A stretch of DNA of 64,000 nucleotides from Magnetospirillaceae bacterium (GCA_036490215.1 DASXEH010000036.1:133208-197207), one strand, 5' to 3'. Counted from the stretch's first letter, positions 18,499-26,261 are shown. Numbers and translations: made by a program. The notes: a model not told the origin generated them from the letters alone.

Positions 18499-20484
18499 AT
18501 GGCAGACCTATTCAACCAGCTTGCACCCAAATCCCAAACCTATTCCGCCAAGGATATCGAGGTCCTAGAGGGCCTGGAGCCTGTCCGGCGGCGTCCGGGC
18601 ATGTATATCGGCGGCACCGACGACAAGGCGATGCACCATCTGGTCGCGGAAGCCTTGGACAACGCCATGGACGAGGCCGTGGCCGGCCATGCCGACCATA
18701 TCGATCTCCAGCTTGACGTCGACGGCACCGCCCATGTGCGCGACAACGGCCGCGGCATCCCGATCGACCCGCATCCCAAGTTCCCGGGTAAGTCGGCGCT
18801 TGAGGTGATCTTCACCACGCTGCATTCGGGCGGCAAGTTCGGCTCCGACGCCTACAAGGTGTCGGGCGGTCTGCACGGTGTCGGTATCTCGGTGGTCAAT
18901 GCGCTCTCCGATGCGCTGACCGTCGAAGTCGCGCGCGACAAGACACTCTATGTGCAAAGCTTCAGCCGCGGCGAAGCGCTCGGCAAGCCGAAGAAGGCCC
19001 CGCTCACCGAAAAGCGGCGCGGCACTTTGGTCAGCTTCCATCCCGATCCGAAGATCTTCGGCGCGCGCGCGCAGTTGAAACCCTCGACGCTCTACAAGAT
19101 GGCGCGTTCGAAGGCCTATCTGTACCGCGGTGTCGAGATCCGCTGGTCCTGCGATCCGGCGCTGCTCAAGGACGACGACAAGACACCGCAGCAGGAAGTG
19201 CTGCACTTCCCCGGCGGCCTCTCCGACTTTCTGACGAGCAGCCTTGCCGGACGATCGATCGTCGGTGGCCGTCCCTTCGCGGGCCAAGCCGCCTTCTCCG
19301 ACGACCAAGGTCAGGTCGAATGGGCCGTGGCCTGGCCGGAAGACGAGGAAGGCTTCTGCAATTCCTACTGCAACACGATCGCGACGCCTGAGGGCGGCAC
19401 CCATGAATTGGGGCTGCGCAGCGCGCTCGGTCGTTCGCTGCGGCAGTATGGCGAGCTGATCAACAACAAGCGTGCCAGTCTGATCACGGCTGAAGACGTC
19501 ATGGGCGGCGCGGCCGTCGTGCTATCGCTGTTCATCCGCGAGCCGCAGTTCCAGGGCCAGACCAAGGAAAAGCTGGCCTCGCCGGAAGCGACGCGTCTGG
19601 TCGAAAGCTCGATCAAGGACCATTTCGACCACTTCCTGACCGGCGATCCGAATGCAGCGAAGGCGCTGCTGGAAAGCATTATCGAGCGCGCCGAGGACCG
19701 GCAGCGCAAGAAGGCCGAGCGCGAGTCGTCGAAGAAGGACCGCGCCGCCCGTCGCCGCCTGCCCGGCAAGCTGGCCGATTGCACCAAAGGCCGCACCGCG
19801 AGCAACGAAATCTTCCTGGTCGAGGGCGATTCGGCTGGTGGGTCAGCCAAACAAGGGCGTAACCGCGAGACGCAGGCCGTGCTGCCGCTGCGCGGCAAGA
19901 TCCTCAACGTCGCCTCCGCCACCGTCGATAAGATGCGCGCCAACCAAGAGGTGCGCGATCTGAGCGAGGCGCTGGGTTGCGGCCTGCGCGATTCCTATGA
20001 TGACGACAAGCTGCGCTACGAGCGCGTCATCATCATGACGGATGCCGATGTCGACGGCGCCCACATTGCGTCGCTGCTGATGACGTTCTTCTATCAGGAG
20101 ATGCCGTCGCTGATTCAGAACGGACATCTCTACCTCGCCTGCCCGCCGCTCTATCGCATTTCGGCGGGGACTAACGTGGTCTATGCGCGCGACGACGCGC
20201 ATAAGGAACAGCTGATGAAGACCACCTTCGCCAACAAGAAGATCGAGATCAGCCGCTTCAAAGGCCTGGGCGAGATGCCGCCGCATCAGCTCAAAGAAAC
20301 GACCATGGATCCGGGCTCGCGCATCCTGCTGCGCGTGGTAGTGCCCCATGGACAGACTGCAGAAGACCATGACGAGGCGCGCGACACGGCCCAACTGGTG
20401 GATGATCTGATGGGCCGCAATCCCGAACCGCGGTTCCGCTTCATTCAGGAGCGCGCGCAGTTCGCCAGAGATCTGGATGTGTGA
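18499..20484 (+). CDS. parE: DNA topoisomerase IV subunit B
   Basis: 661 aa. GHKL N-terminus (LEGLEPVRRRPGMYIGG), Toprim EGDSAGGSAKQGR, PLRGKILNV. Length and lack of the GyrB insertion fit ParE. Confidence 0.92.
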   Translation: MADLFNQLAPKSQTYSAKDIEVLEGLEPVRRRPGMYIGGTDDKAMHHLVAEALDNAMDEAVAGHADHIDLQLDVDGTAHVRDNGRGIPIDPHPKFPGKSALEVIFTTLHSGGKFGSDAYKVSGGLHGVGISVVNALSDALTVEVARDKTLYVQSFSRGEALGKPKKAPLTEKRRGTLVSFHPDPKIFGARAQLKPSTLYKMARSKAYLYRGVEIRWSCDPALLKDDDKTPQQEVLHFPGGLSDFLTSSLAGRSIVGGRPFAGQAAFSDDQGQVEWAVAWPEDEEGFCNSYCNTIATPEGGTHELGLRSALGRSLRQYGELINNKRASLITAEDVMGGAAVVLSLFIREPQFQGQTKEKLASPEATRLVESSIKDHFDHFLTGDPNAAKALLESIIERAEDRQRKKAERESSKKDRAARRRLPGKLADCTKGRTASNEIFLVEGDSAGGSAKQGRNRETQAVLPLRGKILNVASATVDKMRANQEVRDLSEALGCGLRDSYDDDKLRYERVIIMTDADVDGAHIASLLMTFFYQEMPSLIQNGHLYLACPPLYRISAGTNVVYARDDAHKEQLMKTTFANKKIEISRFKGLGEMPPHQLKETTMDPGSRILLRVVVPHGQTAEDHDEARDTAQLVDDLMGRNPEPRFRFIQERAQFARDLDV

Positions 20485-20563
20485 CTAGACGTTTGAGGCA
20501 GTTGTCGAGAATTGAAACTTTTGCGTTTTTAAGGATATTTGCGTATTGACTTATCCACACACT

Positions 20564-20581
20564 ATGACAGTTTTATGACAG
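20564..20581 (-). promoter_or_regulatory. consensus Pho box (PhoB-binding site), reading on the minus strand
   Basis: The + strand reads ATGACAGTTTTATGACAG. Its reverse complement is CTGTCAT-AAAA-CTGTCAT, which is two 7-bp direct repeats with a 4-bp A/T spacer and matches the E. coli Pho box consensus exactly. Confidence 0.55.
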
Positions 20582-20626
20582 AACGCCTCAGGTACGAGGC
20601 GCCTGTCGAAAGGTGGAAAACGCATC

Positions 20627-21025
20627 TTGAACAAGGTTGTCGGTAAAATCGTCCCGATCTCCCAGGCGCTCCATAGCCGGGCCCCGTCGAACCGCGACGA
20701 AATTGAAACTCTGTTCGAAGCGCTGGGCGGCGGAAACCTTCCCGTGCGGACCCAGAAACTGTCCTCCGCCACCATCATCAAGAAGTCGAAAAAGCTGGTC
20801 GAAGAGGCCAGCGAAATGTCGTTCGAAGCCGTCTTCGGCCGCCGCCGCGGCGTGATCGAAGAAAGCGCCGACCTGATCTATCACATGGTCGTGCTCTGGC
20901 GGTCCTGCGGCGTGAAACCCGAGGACATCTGGAAAGAGATGCGCCAGCGCGCCGAAGAGATGGGCGTCGCGCAAAAGCTGCCCAAACGCGATAAGAAAAA
21001 ATCGGCTAAAGTCATTCGCGCCTGA
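20627..21025 (+). CDS. phosphoribosyl-ATP pyrophosphohydrolase-like (HisE/MazG-fold) protein
   Basis: 132 aa. KKLVEEASEMSFEAV...IEESADLIYHMVVLWRSCGVKPEDIWKEM matches the HisE helical core. TTG start with SD aaggtgg 9 nt upstream. The first in-frame ATG is codon 64. Lys-rich C-terminal tail. Confidence 0.7.
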   Translation: MNKVVGKIVPISQALHSRAPSNRDEIETLFEALGGGNLPVRTQKLSSATIIKKSKKLVEEASEMSFEAVFGRRRGVIEESADLIYHMVVLWRSCGVKPEDIWKEMRQRAEEMGVAQKLPKRDKKKSAKVIRA

Positions 21026-21066
21026 CGGGAATCGTCCGGCCGCCAGGATGGGGCCTGAGACGAGCC

Positions 21067-22260
21067 GTGACCGATCAGAAGACCGACACCACACCTTTCG
21101 ACGCTCAAGACCGCCGCCGCGCCTATGCCTTCATCGTCGCGATGGGTGTGGTCAGCTTCTTCGGCGACATCACCTATGAAGGCGCGCGCGGCATCACCGG
21201 CCCGTTCCTCGCCATGCTGGGCGCCAGCGGCACCATCGTCGGCATCGCGACCGGCGCAGGCGAGATGGCGGGCTTCGGCCTTCGCCTGTTCTCGGGGCTT
21301 CTCGCCGATCGCACGAAGCGCTACTGGCTGATCGCGATCTTCGGCTACATCATCAATCTCGTCGTCGTGCCGCTGCTGGCGCTGGCGCACAATTGGCAAT
21401 TCGCCGTCACGCTGATCATCCTCGAACGCGTCGCCAAGGCGTTGCGCACCCCGTCTCGTGACACGCTACTGGCCGGCGCTGCCGAAGTGGTCGGCCCCGG
21501 CAAAGGCTTCGGCCTGCACGAAGCGATGGATAGTGCCGGCGGCCTGCTCGGCCCGCTGATCATGACCGCGATCCTGGCTTGGGATGGACGCTACGATATC
21601 GCCTTCGCCACTCTCGCCGCGCCGGCCCTGCTCGCGATCATCACGCTCGGCTTCGCCTGGCGGCGCTTCCCCGATCCCGGCAAGACCAAGGCGCGCGCGA
21701 CCGTGCAGAGCGAAGCACAGAACCAGCGCCCGTTCTGGATCGCGGTCGCGGCACTCTCAATCCTCGCCGCGGCCACCGTCGACTATCCGCTGATGGCCTA
21801 CCACTTCGGCAAGACCCATGCGATCGGCGCCGAATGGATTCCGGCCATGTACAGCCTGGCGCAGGCAACCAACGGGTTGGCCAGCTTGGGCTTCGGCCGG
21901 TTGTTCGATCGCTACGGCAGTTCGGTGCTGATCTTCGCCGCGATCCTGGCCGCCTTCGCGCCGGTCCTCGCCTTCCTGCTTGGCCCGGTCGGCGCGGTAC
22001 TTGGAGTGGCGGTCTGGGGCCTGGCCGGCGGCGGGCGCGACACGATGGCGCGCGGGCTGATCGCTAAGATGATCCCGGCCGGCAAACGCGGCTCGGCCTA
22101 TGGCATCTACAATGCTGTCTTCGGCGTCGCCTGGTTCGCCGGCAGTGCTGTGATGGGCTGGCTCTACGACATCGCGCCGTGGATGCTGGTGGCCTGCTCG
22201 CTGGCTCTGCACGCCGCTGCGGTGATCGTACTCACCCTGGTGCGCGCGCCGAAGCGCTGA
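21067..22260 (+). CDS. MFS transporter
   Basis: 397 aa, about 12 hydrophobic segments. GTG start, because no ATG lies upstream of TM1. Confidence 0.85.
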   Translation: MTDQKTDTTPFDAQDRRRAYAFIVAMGVVSFFGDITYEGARGITGPFLAMLGASGTIVGIATGAGEMAGFGLRLFSGLLADRTKRYWLIAIFGYIINLVVVPLLALAHNWQFAVTLIILERVAKALRTPSRDTLLAGAAEVVGPGKGFGLHEAMDSAGGLLGPLIMTAILAWDGRYDIAFATLAAPALLAIITLGFAWRRFPDPGKTKARATVQSEAQNQRPFWIAVAALSILAAATVDYPLMAYHFGKTHAIGAEWIPAMYSLAQATNGLASLGFGRLFDRYGSSVLIFAAILAAFAPVLAFLLGPVGAVLGVAVWGLAGGGRDTMARGLIAKMIPAGKRGSAYGIYNAVFGVAWFAGSAVMGWLYDIAPWMLVACSLALHAAAVIVLTLVRAPKR

Positions 22261-22274
22261 ACCCGGCACCGATC

Positions 22275-22736
22275 ATGACCACCCATTATCTGCGCGTCGT
22301 CGAAGGCCTCGATATTCTCGACAACGTGCTCGCGCCGTTCATCGTGCGTGTGCTGCGCGAGCATTACGATCATGACTGGTGGTGGCATGGCGTGCTGGGA
22401 ACGCTGCATCCCGATCAGCGCCGCCGCCTTCCGCATGGCGGCGATACCGATCATCTCATCCAATGGATGGACCCGGCGATCTGCCTCAACGTGATCGAAC
22501 ATCATTGGAAAGATTTGTTCAGCCGGGAGTTCCGGCCCGAGACGTTGAGTTGGGTGCGCGAGCTGCACGCCACGCGCAACACCATCGCTCACAAAGGCCC
22601 TGCCGACATCGACCAGGCCTATGCGCGGCACACGCTCGATCTGGTCCGCAAGGTTGTCGCGCCAATCGATGCCAGCGCGGCCGATCGGGTCATGATGCTG
22701 GCAGCGCAACTAAGCCGCATCGAGACGCCGCTGTAG
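22275..22736 (+). CDS. stand-alone Swt1-like HEPN domain protein
   Basis: 153 aa from the ATG 14 nt after the MFS stop (in frame within track ORF 22179-22736). All-helical sequence with YDHDWWWHGVL and the R-x4-H motif in ELHATRNTIAHKG. Confidence 0.65.
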   Translation: MTTHYLRVVEGLDILDNVLAPFIVRVLREHYDHDWWWHGVLGTLHPDQRRRLPHGGDTDHLIQWMDPAICLNVIEHHWKDLFSREFRPETLSWVRELHATRNTIAHKGPADIDQAYARHTLDLVRKVVAPIDASAADRVMMLAAQLSRIETPL

Positions 22737-22798
22737 GCCGCGAGCGGGTATCTCCCGCTCGCACCCATAGACAGTGACGGCGCATTCGCGCCCCATCG

Positions 22799-23461
22799 TC
22801 ACACTTTGTCCAGATCGCTCCGCTTGGCAATGATGCGGCTGCAGAGACCGTATTCGATGGCTTCGCCGGCGGTCATCCAATAGTTGCGCTCGGTATCGCG
22901 CGCGACGCGTTCGAGCGATTGACCGGTCTCGTCCGCGATGATGCGGTTCAAGCGCTCGCGCATCTTGATGATCTCGCGCGCTTCGATATCGATATCCACC
23001 GCCTTGCCCTGGAAGCCGCCCATCGGCTGGTGCAGCAGAAAGCGCGTGTGGGGCAAGCAAATCCGTTGCTTGGGTTTGCCGCCCAGGAAGATCAAAGCGC
23101 CCGCGCTGGCCACCCAGCCCGTGCCGATCATGCGGATCGGAATATCGTCGTGGAGGAACTTGATCGTGTCGTGAATCGAATCGCCCGATTCGACGTGACC
23201 GCCCGGCGAGTTGACATAGACATCGATCGGCTTGTCCGATTCCTCGGCCAAGGTCAGCAGGCGCGAGACGACGTCCTTGGCGAGCTTATCGTTGATCTGC
23301 CCGAACACCATGACCTTGCGGTCACGCAACAGGCGGTTTTCCAACACGCTGCTGCCCGAACCGTCCTTTTCGCTGCCCTGCGGCGCGTCGGGCTCGTCTT
23401 CGTCGTCCATAGTGGCTTGCCAATACACATGCTTCACGGCGCGTATCCTTCTATTGGCCAT
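22799..23461 (-). CDS. clpP: ClpP-family serine protease subunit (paralogue with an acidic N-terminal extension)
   Basis: ClpP core: VYVNSPGGHV, the Ser context GWVASAGALIF, the His context FLLHQPMGG and the Asp context DTERNYWM. Start uncertain: ATG 23461, TTG 23482 or ATG 23410. Confidence 0.85.
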   Translation of the reverse strand: MANRRIRAVKHVYWQATMDDEDEPDAPQGSEKDGSGSSVLENRLLRDRKVMVFGQINDKLAKDVVSRLLTLAEESDKPIDVYVNSPGGHVESGDSIHDTIKFLHDDIPIRMIGTGWVASAGALIFLGGKPKQRICLPHTRFLLHQPMGGFQGKAVDIDIEAREIIKMRERLNRIIADETGQSLERVARDTERNYWMTAGEAIEYGLCSRIIAKRSDLDKV

Positions 23462-23586
23462 CCTGAGCGAACAGCTGTTCAACCGATCTCGGTCATAAGA
23501 TAAGTCAACCTAGCCGAACTACAAAGTGGGGCCGAGGCCCGGACGTTTCACCGGGTCCAAAGCCGGCCCCACTTAATTTCCCAATC

Positions 23587-24438
23587 CTATTTTCCCAATA
23601 TCGCTTTGCACATCGCCGGTAGTTGCGGGTGCGGCCCTTTCGACGGCTTCGGATGCGCGGCATCCGGCGTGAACCACCAATCGAGTGGAGCGCCACAGCC
23701 ATCGCCCGCCGGGATCGGATCACGCGGCAGGCAATCTTCATCGCCGGGTGGGCAGCTCAGCCGCACATGGAAATGCGCTTCGTGTCCCCACCACGGCCGG
23801 ATCTTGCGCAGCCAGGCGCGATCACCGGTCAGGCTCTTGCACAATTCGCGCTTGATCACCGGATTGACGAAGATGCGTTCGACGCGCGGATCGGTCGCGA
23901 ACTGATGCAGCAGCGTGACCTGTGGCGCGCCCCAGAGCGAACGGTCCATCACCGCGTCGTTGACCATCACCGCATGGAATTGCGGATTCTCGCGGTCCTG
24001 TTCGCTGAGCGGCTCATCCAGCAGCCGGAACAACACATCGACGTCGAGGCCCATTTGATGACTCGCGTGGCCGATCAGGATCGGCCCGCCGCGCGGCGCG
24101 CCGAGATCGCCGATGATCAATTTACCGAGCGGCTTGGCCTTCGCCGCCATGTCTTCCAGGAAGGCGATCAGGAACGGATTGCCCCAGTCGTGATGCGTGG
24201 ATGGGCGCAGCACTTCCCAGTTGGGACCGGAAGTGGGCATTTCCGTCGCGCCGACGACACAGCCATTCGCCGGCGAGCCGATCGAGTCGGGAGCACCCGG
24301 AACGGGCGTGACATTTTCGTCAGCAAAGGCAGGCGCGGCGGAGAGGAACAACCCCGTCATTGCGAGGAGGCATAGCCGACGAAGCAATCCAACGACTGGA
24401 TCACAGAGTGGATTGCTTCGCTGCGCTCGCAATGACAT
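23587..24438 (-). CDS. mepA: penicillin-insensitive murein endopeptidase (peptidase M74)
   Basis: GHASHQMGLDVDV and WWGHEAHFHVRL motifs. Start ambiguous (ATG 24438, TTG 24387 or ATG 24360). The first 26 codons are encoded by repeat copy A2. Confidence 0.85.
   Translation of the reverse strand: MSLRAQRSNPLCDPVVGLLRRLCLLAMTGLFLSAAPAFADENVTPVPGAPDSIGSPANGCVVGATEMPTSGPNWEVLRPSTHHDWGNPFLIAFLEDMAAKAKPLGKLIIGDLGAPRGGPILIGHASHQMGLDVDVLFRLLDEPLSEQDRENPQFHAVMVNDAVMDRSLWGAPQVTLLHQFATDPRVERIFVNPVIKRELCKSLTGDRAWLRKIRPWWGHEAHFHVRLSCPPGDEDCLPRDPIPAGDGCGAPLDWWFTPDAAHPKPSKGPHPQLPAMCKAILGK
24356..24436. repeat. family-A palindromic element (copy A2)
   Basis: GTCATTGCGAGGAGGCATAGCCGACGAAGCAATCCAAC...GTGGATTGCTTCGCTGCGCTCGCAATGAC. 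Lies between the prfB stop and the mepA body. Confidence 0.85.
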
Positions 24439-24449
24439 CGATCTGTTCT

Positions 24450-25587
24450 CTATGATTCGGCGCTTTCCGACGCGAGACGGCCTAAGCGCGAGGCCAGCGA
24501 TGCGGCCATGAACTTGTCGAGATCGCCGTTGAGCACGCCCTGCGTGTCCGAGGTTTCGATACCGGTGCGCAGGTCCTTCACCATCTGATAGGGCTGCAGC
24601 ACATAGGACCGAATCTGATGGCCCCAGCCGATATCCGCCTTCTGGGCGTTCTCGGCACTGGTGATCGCTTCGCGGCGCGCGAGCTCAGCCTCGTAGATGC
24701 GCGCCTTCAGCATCGCCTCGGCCTTGGCGCGATTCTGGTGCTGCGAGCGCTCGCTCTGGACCGCGACCACGATCGGCTGCTCCATCCCTGGCGTTTGATA
24801 GGTGAAGCGCACTGCACTGTCGGTCTTGTTGACGTGCTGGCCGCCCGCGCCCGACGAACGATAGGTATCGACGCGCAGATATTTGTCGAAGATCTCGACA
24901 TCGATCTTGTCGTCGACCACCGGGAAGATCCAGACCGAGGAGAAGCTGGTGTGGCGCCGCGCGTTCGAATCGTAGGGCGAAATACGCACCAACCGGTGCA
25001 CGCCGCTTTCGGTCTTCAGCCAGCCATAGGCATTCTCGCCGAGGATACGCACGGTGGCGGATTTGATGCCCGCCTCTTCGCCCGGGCTTTCTTCCAGCCA
25101 CTCGACTTTGTAACCATGCTGTTCCGCCCAACGCGTGTACATGCGCAGCAACATCTCGGCCCAATCCTGCGCCTCGGTACCGCCGGCGCCGGCATGGACT
25201 TCGATATAGGCGTCGTTAGCGTCGGCCTCGCCCGATAGAAGACTGTCGAGTTCGAGCTTGGCGACATATTCCTGCAACTTGCGCAGCGCGTTGATGGCAT
25301 CGTTGACCATGCCCTCGTCGCCCTCGGCATCGGCCATCTCGGCAAGTTCGATATTGTCGGCCAGGCCGCGCTCAATGGTGCGGATGCCGCCAATAGCAGT
25401 TTCGAGTTTATTGCGCTCGCGCATCACCGCCTGGGCGGCGGAGGAATCGTTCCAGAGATTGGGGTCGCCGGCTTTGACGTTCAGTTCGTCGAGGCGAGGC
25501 AGCGAAGCATCCCAGTCAAAGATGCCTCCTCAGCAGTACGAGCGACCGCTTGATTTCGTTGGACAGGGATTCGATTTCGGCGCGCAT
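24450..25587 (-). CDS. prfB: peptide chain release factor 2 (requires a programmed +1 frameshift)
   Basis: Frame 0 runs from ATG 25587: [23 protein letters not shown] then TGA. The +1 frame continues [39 protein letters not shown]... into track ORF 24450-25427. GGQ motif present ([11 protein letters not shown]). Confidence 0.95.
25515..25530 (-). promoter_or_regulatory. RF2 autoregulatory +1 frameshift site
   Basis: Minus strand reads AGGAGG-CAT-CTT-TGA-C: an internal SD-like element 3 nt before the slippery CUU and the in-frame UGA followed by C. Confidence 0.9.
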
Positions 25588-25655
25588 CGCACGGCACTCC
25601 TATGGGTCGGCAAAGTTTTAGGGAAAAGCGCAGGGCGACGCAAGCGCCGTCGCAG

Positions 25656-26261
25656 TTACCGCTGGGCGAGGACGCGGCGGACTTTGTCGCGCAGCAGCGG
25701 CAGAATGTCGCGCTCGAACCAGGGGTTGCGTGTCATCCAGACGCGGCTGCGCCAAGACGGATGAGGCAACGGAAAGACATTTGGGGGATACGACGCGACG
25801 GAGCGGACAATCTCGGTGAGCGTCTCGCGTTTCGCGTCGGGCAGGTAGTGCCTCTGCGCATAGGAGCCGACCAGCAGAGTCAATCGCTCCTCGGGCAGGC
25901 AGGCCATCACCCGCTCGTGCCACAGCGGCGCACATTCCCGGCGCGGCGGCAGATCGCCACTGGTGCCAGTCCCGGGATAACAAAATCCCATCGGTACCAG
26001 CGCCACCTTTGCGGGGTCGTAAAAGTCTTCGTCGGCGAGGCTGGTCCAATCCCGCAGCCGCGCGCCGCTGTCGTCATTCCAAGGCACGCCGCTCGCATGG
26101 ACGCGCGCGCCCGGCGCCTGGCCGATAATAACGATACGAGCGGTCGCACTGAACTGCACGACCGGTCGCGGCCCCGCAGCAAGACTGGCCGCGCAAACCT
26201 CGCACGCCCGAATCTCGGTGAGCAGGCGCGTGACCGCCGCGCGCGAGATTTTAACTGTCAC
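25656..26261 (-). CDS. uracil-DNA glycosylase superfamily protein (family 4/5-like)
   Basis: 201 aa. IVIIGQAPGARVHASGVPWNDDSG (motif A-like GQAPG) and a C-terminal HPSWR motif. Confidence 0.8.
   Translation of the reverse strand: MTVKISRAAVTRLLTEIRACEVCAASLAAGPRPVVQFSATARIVIIGQAPGARVHASGVPWNDDSGARLRDWTSLADEDFYDPAKVALVPMGFCYPGTGTSGDLPPRRECAPLWHERVMACLPEERLTLLVGSYAQRHYLPDAKRETLTEIVRSVASYPPNVFPLPHPSWRSRVWMTRNPWFERDILPLLRDKVRRVLAQR

Noticed and set aside
20546-20551. TTGACT hexamer as a -35 element for a + strand promoter of the hisE-like gene.
   Set aside because: No acceptable -10 hexamer lies 16-18 nt downstream. The TATGAC sequence is only 11 nt away.
20551-20781. 76-aa minus-strand ORF spanning the Pho box and the start of the hisE-like gene. 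I considered it as a possible target of the leftward-facing Pho box.
   Set aside because: The ORF starts upstream of (to the right of) the box and overlaps the hisE-like coding frame. It has no SD and an implausible composition, so it is not a product of a promoter at the box.
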